In this document: piece after piece, positions 18,603 to 25,180 of the stretch | Layout of the letters: each line of letters opens with the position of its first letter | Position numbering within the stretch: the first letter of the stretch is position 1 | NCBI GenBank assembly: GCA_046719555.1 | Contig: JBDNCR010000001.1 | Location: 1 to 25,180, forward strand | Source: Verrucomicrobiia bacterium | Lineage (GTDB): Bacteria; Verrucomicrobiota; Verrucomicrobiia; Methylacidiphilales; CALFVM01 | Length of the DNA stretch: 25,180 nucleotides | Direction of reading: 5' to 3' | Notes under the pieces: generated by a model | What the model saw: the letters and a program-made list of their open reading frames with translations, nothing else | The model's database searches: none | What the model was told of the DNA's origin: nothing | Program-made: the position numbers and the translations under genes

Positions 18603-19522
18603 GGCGCAGTTTGAATCGGTTCCTGGCGGCGTTCCGCCCGGCGACGTGGACCGCGTCGGGGGAGCCACCGGTCAACGAGGGTGAGGTGAGAAATGTCTTC
18701 GGGTTCGATGGCGGGGAGGGTCAGTTTTTGGTGAATGATGGAACGGCCTTGGTCCCGCTGGCGGAGGAGATAATCGAGGATGTGAAGGCGCATGGAGCGG
18801 AAGCGGGGGTCGTGGTTGAGCGCGGTCCGGTCGCGGGGCCGGTCGAGGTCCACCCGGACTTCAGGACCGAGGGAGGCGGCTGGTCCGAGAGAGAGGGGGA
18901 TGACGCGGTCGGCGAGCAGGAGGGCCTCATCCACGTCGTTGGTGATGAGGAGGACGGTTTTTTGTTCTTCTTGCCAGATGCGGCAGAGTTCGTCCTGGAG
19001 GGTGGACCGGGTCAGGGCGTCGAGCGCGCCGAGCGGTTCGTCCAAGAGCAGGACCTCTGGATTCATGGCCAGGCCGCGGGCCAGAGCGACCCGCTGGCGC
19101 ATGCCGCCGGAGAGTTGGCTGGGGCGCCGATCGCGGGCGTGGGCTAGCCCAACCATGCGGATGTATCGATCGATCCGATCGGCCCGGGCGGCGGCGGGCT
19201 CGGTTTGAAAGATTTGATCGACGGCCAGGGCAATGTTGCCGTGGACGGTCAGCCAAGGCAGGAGGGAGTAGTTCTGAAAGACGACGGCTCGTTCAGGGGA
19301 TGGGCCTTGGATCGGACGCCCTCGAAAGAGAACCTGGCCGTCGGTGGGTGTTTCGAGTCCTGCGAGAAGATTGATGAGGGTGGTTTTTCCGGAGCCGGAA
19401 TAGCCGACGATGGCGACGAACTCACCGGTCTGAACGGCAAGGTTGATGCCTCGCAACACTTCGTTGGCGGCGGAGCCTGAACCGAAAGTTTTTCCAGCCT
19501 GGCGAAATTCGAGAAGGGCCAT
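18599..19522 (-). CDS. nrtC: Nitrate/nitrite ABC transporter ATP-binding protein (NrtC-like ATPase domain only)
   Basis: [44 protein letters not shown] and ITNDVDEA (H-loop His replaced by Asn). Lacks the cyanobacterial C-terminal NrtA-like domain. Confidence 0.88.
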   Translation of the reverse strand: MALLEFRQAGKTFGSGSAANEVLRGINLAVQTGEFVAIVGYSGSGKTTLINLLAGLETPTDGQVLFRGRPIQGPSPERAVVFQNYSLLPWLTVHGNIALAVDQIFQTEPAAARADRIDRYIRMVGLAHARDRRPSQLSGGMRQRVALARGLAMNPEVLLLDEPLGALDALTRSTLQDELCRIWQEEQKTVLLITNDVDEALLLADRVIPLSLGPAASLGPEVRVDLDRPRDRTALNHDPRFRSMRLHILDYLLRQRDQGRSIIHQKLTLPAIEPEDISHLTLVDRWLPRRGPRRRAERRQEPIQTAP

Positions 19523-19528
19523 ATCCGA

Positions 19529-20533
19529 TTACCGTTGGTTGGGTTCGAAGGTGACGAGGGTTTGGAGGGCCAGCATCAGGCGGTCCAAAGCAAAGCCGAT
19601 AACGCCAATGGTGAAGATGGCCACCATGATCAGGGACAGACTCTGGGAGCTGCCGTTTTGGAACATGTCCCAGACGAATTTTCCGAGGCCAGGGTTCTGG
19701 GCCAGCATTTCGGCAGCGATGAGCACCATCCAGCCTACGCCGAGGGACAATCGGAGGCCGGTGAAGATGTAGGGCAGAGCGGCGGGCAGGACGATTTTGA
19801 AGATTTTGGCTGGCCAACTTAGGCGGAGCACGCGGGCGACGTTGAGGTAATCGGTGTCGATGGAGGCGACGCCAACGGCGGTGTTGATCAGGGTTGGCCA
19901 TAGGCAGCAGAGGGCCACGGTGATGGCGGAGGTGAGGAAGGCTTTGGTAAAAAGGGGATCGGGCGGGTTGTAAAGGGAGCCGACCAGGATCATGACGATC
20001 GGTAACCAGGCCAGGGGTGAGACGGGGCGGAAGATTTGGATGAACGGGTTTAAAGCGGTGTTCACGGCGCGGCTTAGTCCGCAGAGGATCCCGAGGGGCA
20101 CGGCGATACAGGAGGCGATGAGGAATCCGGTGAAAACGGTCCTCAGACTGGTGCCGATTTGGTCGAAGTAGGTGGGTCGTCCAGAGTAACGTCGTTCGGG
20201 AAAGGTTTGACCGGGATTCTCCGCAAGAAAGCGTTCCCGGCGTTCGGCTTGACGTTGGTAGAATTGGGCTTCCCGTTCTCGTTCGGCCCGGTGATCCTGG
20301 TAAAGACCGGCGGCGGCTTTCCAGACGTCGGAGGGTCCTGGCATGGTGGCGAAACCGACGTCGAGTCCGGCGAGAAAGTGGGACCAAAGTCCGAGGAAGA
20401 TGGCGAGGGCCAGCAGCGGTAAGCCGATCTGGGACAGAAGCGTTCTGGCGAAGTCGGCCGGAGGTCGGACGGTGAGGAGGCGATCGAGACCGTTGGGGAG
20501 GAGGCCGAGGTTGAAGGTGGGTTTGCGGTTCAT
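19529..20533 (-). CDS. nrtB: Nitrate/nitrite ABC transporter permease
   Basis: [42 protein letters not shown]-like [30 protein letters not shown] and [13 protein letters not shown]. Confidence 0.92.
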   Translation of the reverse strand: MNRKPTFNLGLLPNGLDRLLTVRPPADFARTLLSQIGLPLLALAIFLGLWSHFLAGLDVGFATMPGPSDVWKAAAGLYQDHRAEREREAQFYQRQAERRERFLAENPGQTFPERRYSGRPTYFDQIGTSLRTVFTGFLIASCIAVPLGILCGLSRAVNTALNPFIQIFRPVSPLAWLPIVMILVGSLYNPPDPLFTKAFLTSAITVALCCLWPTLINTAVGVASIDTDYLNVARVLRLSWPAKIFKIVLPAALPYIFTGLRLSLGVGWMVLIAAEMLAQNPGLGKFVWDMFQNGSSQSLSLIMVAIFTIGVIGFALDRLMLALQTLVTFEPNQR

Positions 20534-20539
20534 GGCGGG

Positions 20540-21853
20540 TTAGTTTTGGTGACCGATGCGGTGGAGCTTGAGGTAGGCGTTGGGCTGGCGTCCGTCGTAA
20601 GGAATGCCGTCAATGAACCCGTGATCGACCGGTTTGAAGCCGTCGGTTTCCGGGATGTCCGAGGCTTTCATTTTGCCCTCGGCAACCAGCGCGCGTGCGG
20701 CCTGGAGGTAGATGTCGGGACGATAGACTTTGCGGGCCTGTTCGTGGTACCAGGCGTCGGATTTGGGTTCAGGAATTTGGCCCCACCGCCGCATTTGGGT
20801 CAGGAACCAGACCGCGTCGCTGTAAAAAGGGTAGGTGGCGTGGTAGCGGAAGAAGACGTTGAAGTCGGGCATGTCCCGTTTGTCGCCTTTTTCAAACTCG
20901 AAGGTGCCGGTCATGCTGTTGGCGATGACCGCTTCATCCGCGCCAACATATTCGGGGCGGGAGAGGATTTTTGCGGCTTCTCTCCGGTTGGCCAGGCTGG
21001 CGTCGAGCCATTGCCCGGCGCGGAGCAAGGCTTTGATGACGGCGATGTGGGTTTGCGGGTTCCGCTCGGCCCAGTCGGCGGTGACGCCGAAGACTTTTTC
21101 CGGGTTGTTTTTCCAGATTTGTTCGTTGGTGACGACGGGCACGCCGATGCCTCTGAAGACGGCGGCCTGGTTCCAGGGTTCGCCGACGCAGTAGCCCTGG
21201 ATGGTGCCTTGAGCCAAGGTGGCGGGCATTTGCGGGGGAGGGGTGACGGAGATGAGGACGTCGGCTTGGGTGTTGCCATTGATGTCCTGGGGGGTGTAGA
21301 AGCCGGGATGAATGCCGGCGGCGGCGAGCCAATAGCGGAGTTCATAGTTGTGGGTGGAGACGGGGAAGACCACGCCCAGGTTCATGGGTTTGCCGGCGGC
21401 GGCCCTGGCTTCGACGACCGGTTTGAGCGAGGTCGCGGTGATGGGGTGTTTCGGTTTTTTTTGTCGGAGGTTGGGATCGTGTTTTTTCATTTCCTCCCAG
21501 ACCTGGTTGGAAACGGTGATGGCGTTGCCATTGAGGTCCATGCTGTAGGCGGTGATGATGTGGGCTTGGGAGCCGATGCCGATGGTGGCGGCGATGGGTT
21601 GGCCTGCCAGCATGTGGGCACCATCGAGTTCGCCGCTGATGACGCGATCGAGGAGGACTTTCCAATTGGCCTGGGCTTCGATGGTCACGTGGAGGCCTTC
21701 ATCTTCAAAGAACCCTTTTTCGTGGGCGATGACGATGGGGGCACAATCGGTCAGTTTGATGAAGCCGAGCTTGAGGTCGGGTTTCTCCAAGGCGGCAGCG
21801 GAACTGGCGGCGAGGAGGGTGAGGACTTGGGGGAGGAGGTGGAGGGCGGTCAT
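20540..21853 (-). CDS. nrtA: Periplasmic nitrate/nitrite-binding protein, CmpA/NrtA family
   Basis: Sec signal (…LLAASSAAA|LE), [40 protein letters not shown] (His), PPPQM, CVGEPWN and NNPEKVF (Lys; nitrate-type rather than the CmpA Glu). Confidence 0.93.
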   Translation of the reverse strand: MTALHLLPQVLTLLAASSAAALEKPDLKLGFIKLTDCAPIVIAHEKGFFEDEGLHVTIEAQANWKVLLDRVISGELDGAHMLAGQPIAATIGIGSQAHIITAYSMDLNGNAITVSNQVWEEMKKHDPNLRQKKPKHPITATSLKPVVEARAAAGKPMNLGVVFPVSTHNYELRYWLAAAGIHPGFYTPQDINGNTQADVLISVTPPPQMPATLAQGTIQGYCVGEPWNQAAVFRGIGVPVVTNEQIWKNNPEKVFGVTADWAERNPQTHIAVIKALLRAGQWLDASLANRREAAKILSRPEYVGADEAVIANSMTGTFEFEKGDKRDMPDFNVFFRYHATYPFYSDAVWFLTQMRRWGQIPEPKSDAWYHEQARKVYRPDIYLQAARALVAEGKMKASDIPETDGFKPVDHGFIDGIPYDGRQPNAYLKLHRIGHQN

Positions 21854-22950
21854 GGGCGGGCGTTTTGGGGTTGTGGTTGAGGTTGGGGAAAGAGGGCTTG
21901 GCGATAGAGATCTTGGCGGAAGACCTGCGTTAACATGGGGCCGGGAGTCGGAGGTTCAGGGGGTAGGAGGCCCGCGGCCTGCATTTGTTGGAAGAGCAGG
22001 AGCGCCTTATCCGGAGAGGGATCGTTGGCGGCGGAACGGAAGAAGTGATGGAAGGCGGAGGGTTCGGCTTGTTGGCCGTTGCCTCGGTCAAAGGGGCCAA
22101 GGAGGGCTGGCTTGAGGATCTGGGGCGCGAGGTTGAGGTATTCCTTGCGGGCGAGGAGGTTGACCAATTCGGCCCGGCCTTCCGGGGTTTCGCACTGGCG
22201 ACAGGCGCGATCGAGGGCGCGGATGAGGGCGAGATGTTCGTCCGGGCGATTGACGGCAAATGCTCCGCGGACCAGGAGAATTTTCTCAGGATGGAGAGGG
22301 ATGATTTCGGAGCTTAGGGCGGGGCACCATCCGATTTGGGTCCGAACCGCTAGGGTGTTCCAGGGTTCTCCGACACAGAATCCGTCGATGGCGCCTGAGC
22401 CGAGGCTGCGCGCCATTTGTGGTGGGGGGAGGGTGACGATGCGGACATCACGTTCGGGGCGGAGGCCGGCTTGGGCGAGCCAGCGGCGGAGGAGGATGTG
22501 ATGCATGGAGTGGCTGGCAACGATGCCGAGGGTCATGCGGCGCGGGCGCTCGGACCGAGCCAGTTGGCCGAAGGTGGTGGCGTCGGTAACCCCTTTTTGG
22601 CGGAGGGCCCGGGAAAGGGTGATGGCGTTGCCCTGGAGGTTGAGGACAAAGGCGGTGAGGACGTCGGCCATCGGGCCGGCGAGGCCAAGCTTGATGGTGA
22701 AGGCCATGGGGGCCAGGGCTTGGGCGGCATCGATTTCACCAAAGACGAGACGCTCGCGGATGCTGGCCCAGCCGACTTCACGGACGAGCCGGAGGTGGAG
22801 TCCCTCGTCTCGGAAGAAGCCCCATTCCTGGGCGGCAACCACGGGGGCGCAGTCGGTGAGGGGAATGAAACCGAGGGCGAGGGTGGGGCGGCTGGTGCGC
22901 GGAGGGCGGCGGTGAGGGCCTGTTGATTTTTGGGCAACGGTGGCGGGCAT
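21850..22950 (-). CDS. nasS: Cytoplasmic NrtA-like nitrate/nitrite sensor (NasS-like), 366 aa
   Basis: [71 protein letters not shown] and HPEKIL. No hydrophobic signal peptide. First gene of the operon, with an ATGA overlap to nrtA. Start is placed at ATG 22950; the 23046 start comes from the palindrome. Confidence 0.8.
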   Translation of the reverse strand: MPATVAQKSTGPHRRPPRTSRPTLALGFIPLTDCAPVVAAQEWGFFRDEGLHLRLVREVGWASIRERLVFGEIDAAQALAPMAFTIKLGLAGPMADVLTAFVLNLQGNAITLSRALRQKGVTDATTFGQLARSERPRRMTLGIVASHSMHHILLRRWLAQAGLRPERDVRIVTLPPPQMARSLGSGAIDGFCVGEPWNTLAVRTQIGWCPALSSEIIPLHPEKILLVRGAFAVNRPDEHLALIRALDRACRQCETPEGRAELVNLLARKEYLNLAPQILKPALLGPFDRGNGQQAEPSAFHHFFRSAANDPSPDKALLLFQQMQAAGLLPPEPPTPGPMLTQVFRQDLYRQALFPQPQPQPQNARP

Positions 22951-22962
22951 GGCATGGAGGGG

Positions 22963-22977
22963 GCACCTGCCGTGCCA
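22963..22977 (-). promoter_or_regulatory. Candidate sigma54 (-24/-12) promoter of the nitrate operon
   Basis: The minus strand reads TGGCACGGCAGGTGC, i.e. GG-N10-GC, close to the consensus TGGCACG-N4-TTGC. Predicted +1 is about 22951, next to the nasS-like ATG at 22950. Confidence 0.6.
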
Positions 22978-23023
22978 TGGGGGTGGTGGAGGAGGTATTG
23001 ATTGCTTGAAATGATTTCCGGTT

Positions 23024-23046
23024 ATGCATGAATGGTGTTCATACAT
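23024..23046. promoter_or_regulatory. LysR-type T-N11-A dyad operator
   Basis: ATGcATGAA-TGGTG-TTCATaCAT. The core ATGAA-N5-TTCAT (23028-23042) has T23029-N11-A23041, lies in the divergent intergenic region and abuts the LysR start. Confidence 0.6.
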
Positions 23047-23947
23047 GGATGCGCCCTTGGAAATTCGCCAACTCCGGGCGTTTGTGAGTGTTGCGCGGAG
23101 CGGGAGTTTTACCCGGGCGGCGGCGCGGTTGAATCTGACGCAGTCGGCGGTGAGCCATGCGCTGCGGGGTTTGCAGGATCAGTTGGGCTGTCCGCTTTTA
23201 TACAAAAGTGGCCGCCGTGTGCATTTATCGCCACAAGGGGAGGTGCTTCTGCGGACCGCGGAGCGGGTGCTGGCGGAGGTGGATGGGATCCCGCAACAGT
23301 TGCGGGCCTTGGAGCGGCTGGACCGGGGCCGATTGCGGGTGGGGTGCAGCGCGGCCGGGTCGCAATTTATTTTGCCGCCGGTGTTGCGGGAGTTCAAAGA
23401 ATGTTTTCCCGGGTTTGATCTGGCGGTCCGTCCGGGAGACACCCCGGAAATTCAGGCGATGTTGTTGGCGGGTGAGCTGGATTTGGCGATTGCCCTGCGT
23501 CTGGAGGAGATGGGACCGTTGGATGGGCGAGAGATTTTTGTCGATGAGCTTTCATTTTTGGTCAGCCCGATGCATCCGTGGGCGGGCCGGAGTCGGGTGA
23601 GCCGAAAACAGATGGAAGGCCAAACGTATATTGTTTATCAGCGAGGGAGTGTGACGTTTCGGCTGGTGGAGGAGTATTTTTTGAAGTTGGGGGTGCGGCC
23701 CGGTTCGTTGATTGAGCTGGGAAGCATGGAGGCGATTAAGGAGTTGGTGAAGCTTGGGTTGGGCATCGGGGTGACGGCGTCGTGGATTGCGCGGGCGGAG
23801 CTGGAGGCTGGGTCGATTTTAACGGTGGAGCTGCGCCCGAAGATTCGCCGACGTTGGATGGTGTTGTGGATGAAGGGACGCCCCTTGAATTTGGCGGAGG
23901 AGACGTTTGTCGGATTGAGTGAATCGGTCGGGGCCAATGTGGTGTGA
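23045..23947 (+). CDS. LysR-family transcriptional regulator (CysL/CmpR-like effector domain), 300 aa
   Basis: wHTH LEIRQLRAFVSVARSGSFTRAAARLNLTQSAVSHALRGLQDQLG, GRLRVG, LLAGELDLAI and GSMEAIKELVKLGLGI. Divergent from the nitrate operon. Start at ATG 23045 (MDAPLEIRQL). Confidence 0.95.
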   Translation: MDAPLEIRQLRAFVSVARSGSFTRAAARLNLTQSAVSHALRGLQDQLGCPLLYKSGRRVHLSPQGEVLLRTAERVLAEVDGIPQQLRALERLDRGRLRVGCSAAGSQFILPPVLREFKECFPGFDLAVRPGDTPEIQAMLLAGELDLAIALRLEEMGPLDGREIFVDELSFLVSPMHPWAGRSRVSRKQMEGQTYIVYQRGSVTFRLVEEYFLKLGVRPGSLIELGSMEAIKELVKLGLGIGVTASWIARAELEAGSILTVELRPKIRRRWMVLWMKGRPLNLAEETFVGLSESVGANVV

Positions 23948-23974
23948 ATCCAGAGCTTGGCAGCCGCGAAGGGG

Positions 23975-24523
23975 TCAGGCGCGGGGTTGAAAGAAGGTTT
24001 CAACCCGTTGAAGGAGGTCGGGAACCGAGAGCATCCGGCCGACGCCTTGATAGCCACAGGCGAGGAGCCCTTCGTCTGGTCCCCAAAGTTCAACTCCGCG
24101 CGAGCGGAGGGTCGCGACGTGAGCTTGGGTGGCGGGGTGGAGCCACATTTTGCCATTCATGGCCGGAGCCAAGACGATGGGGGCGGGGGTGGCCAAGAGG
24201 ATGGCGGTGAGGGCGTCGGGGGCGAGGCCGAGGGCGGCTTGGGCGATGAGGTGGGCGGTGGCGGGAGCGACTAGGACGAGGTCGGCGGCGTCGGCCAGTT
24301 CGATGTGGGTGGGGCGTTCGGGTTGGTCTTCGCTCCAGAGGTCGGTGACGACAGGCCGGTGGGTGAGGGCGCTGAAGGTGAGTGGGGTGACGAAGCGTTG
24401 GGCTTCGGCGGTCATGACGACGTCGACCCTGGCCCCGGCTTGGGTCAGGGCGCTGGCCAGTTCAGGGGCTTTGCAGATGGCGATGGAGCCGGTAATGCCG
24501 AGGAGGATACGTTTGGAGGTCAC
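23975..24523 (-). CDS. coaC: Phosphopantothenoylcysteine decarboxylase (stand-alone CoaC, HFCD flavoprotein)
   Basis: ILLGITGSIA, VVMTAEAQRFVTP, HIELAD, LVAPATA, LAPAMNGKMW and the substrate-clamp Cys LACG. GTG start overlaps the gmk stop (GTGA). No CoaB domain. Confidence 0.88.
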   Translation of the reverse strand: MTSKRILLGITGSIAICKAPELASALTQAGARVDVVMTAEAQRFVTPLTFSALTHRPVVTDLWSEDQPERPTHIELADAADLVLVAPATAHLIAQAALGLAPDALTAILLATPAPIVLAPAMNGKMWLHPATQAHVATLRSRGVELWGPDEGLLACGYQGVGRMLSVPDLLQRVETFFQPRA

Positions 24524-25155
24524 GGGTCGAGGGGGCCAAGGGGTTTGTCCTGACGGAGGCGATGGCTGGCGAGGCGTTCGGCACGCATGATGGCGCGGAA
24601 TTTTTCGAGGTCTTCTTCCATGGAGCCGCTGAGGATGGTGTAGCGGTATTCGGGCCAGAATTTCATTTCTTCGCGGGCGGTGGCGAGGCGACGGGCGACT
24701 TGGTCTTCGGTTTCGGTGCCCCGTTTGCGGAGGCGGTTTTCGAGTTCGGCCCAGGTGGGGGGCATGACGAAGACGTCGACGACGGCGGCGCGGACGGCCG
24801 GATCTTGGCAGGTGCGGATTTGGCGAGCGCCTTGGACGTCGATGTCGAGGAGGACGTCGGTGCCGGCGGCCAGGTGGGCGGTGACTTCGTGGCGGAGGGT
24901 GCCGTAGTAGTGGTCGCCGTGGACGCGGGCGTATTCGAGGAAGGCGCCCTGGTGGATTTTAGTCTGGAAATCGTCGAGGGTGAGGAAGCGGTAGTCAACG
25001 CCGTCGACTTCGCCAGGGCGCGGGGGGCGGGTGGTGCAGGAGACCGAGAAGACGAAGTCGGGGGTGCGGGCGAGGCCCTGGCGGAGGGTGGATTTCCCTG
25101 TGCCGGAGGGTGCGGAGAGGACGAAGAGGACGCCGGAGCGGGAGAAGTTACTCAA
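24520..25155 (-). CDS. gmk: Guanylate kinase
   Basis: LSAPSGTGKST P-loop, SVSCTTRPPRPGEVDGVDYRF, FLEYARVHG.HYYGT, LDIDVQGARQI and LENRLRKRGTE. TTG start. Confidence 0.97.
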   Translation of the reverse strand: MSNFSRSGVLFVLSAPSGTGKSTLRQGLARTPDFVFSVSCTTRPPRPGEVDGVDYRFLTLDDFQTKIHQGAFLEYARVHGDHYYGTLRHEVTAHLAAGTDVLLDIDVQGARQIRTCQDPAVRAAVVDVFVMPPTWAELENRLRKRGTETEDQVARRLATAREEMKFWPEYRYTILSGSMEEDLEKFRAIMRAERLASHRLRQDKPLGPLDP

Positions 25156-25180
25156 GGTTTTGCAGTTGTTCTCGCATCTT

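Noticed and set aside
17700-22950. Bicarbonate (CmpABCD) or sulfonate/taurine transporter
   Set aside because: Both binding-protein paralogues keep the His and Lys (PEK) of nitrate-type NrtA rather than the Ca/bicarbonate-binding Gln/Glu of CmpA, and the context is nitrate assimilation. Cyanate cannot be strictly excluded.
23025-23041. NtrC-like site TGCATGAATGGTGTTCA and an IHF-like AATCAA nearby
   Set aside because: Only a partial match to TGCAC-N7-GTGCA, closer to the promoter than typical enhancers, and better explained by the LysR dyad. The IHF-like sequence lacks the TTR element.
23948-23974. Terminator between convergent lysR and coaC
   Set aside because: No convincing stem with U-tracts on either strand in the 27-bp gap.

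Overview
High-GC bacterial chromosomal window with no recognisable mobile element, rRNA, tRNA or CRISPR array. A Verrucomicrobia/PVC-like origin is inferred from gene types, gene order and the frequent lack of Shine-Dalgarno sites; it is not proven. The left part holds a 5'-truncated SAM methyltransferase, an MBL-hydrolase/beta-hydroxyacid dehydrogenase pair, aguB-aguA (agmatine to putrescine), a Ste24/M48-like membrane protein that has lost its zinc ligands, a CBM9-like protein, a TPP riboswitch with thiC, and a small secreted OB-fold-like protein. The core is a tightly coupled 10-gene, ~13.8 kb minus-strand nitrate-assimilation operon (22950 to 9139): NasS-like sensor, NrtABCD-type ABC transporter, AlgE-like outer-membrane barrel, CysJ-like diflavin reductase, NirA siroheme nitrite reductase, a fused 4x[4Fe-4S]/DmsC-type membrane protein, and a Mo-bisPGD nitrate reductase. 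A sigma54-like promoter and a LysR-type palindrome precede it, with a divergent LysR gene. The window ends with coaC and gmk. The best candidate for an under-described system is this operon's electron-transfer design. The nitrate reductase appears cytoplasmic and possibly fed from the quinol pool by a DmsB-DmsC fusion. The nitrite reductase appears built like an NADPH sulfite reductase (CysJ-like + NirA, sharing an N-terminal peptide). The NasS-like sensor has no NasT partner in the window.
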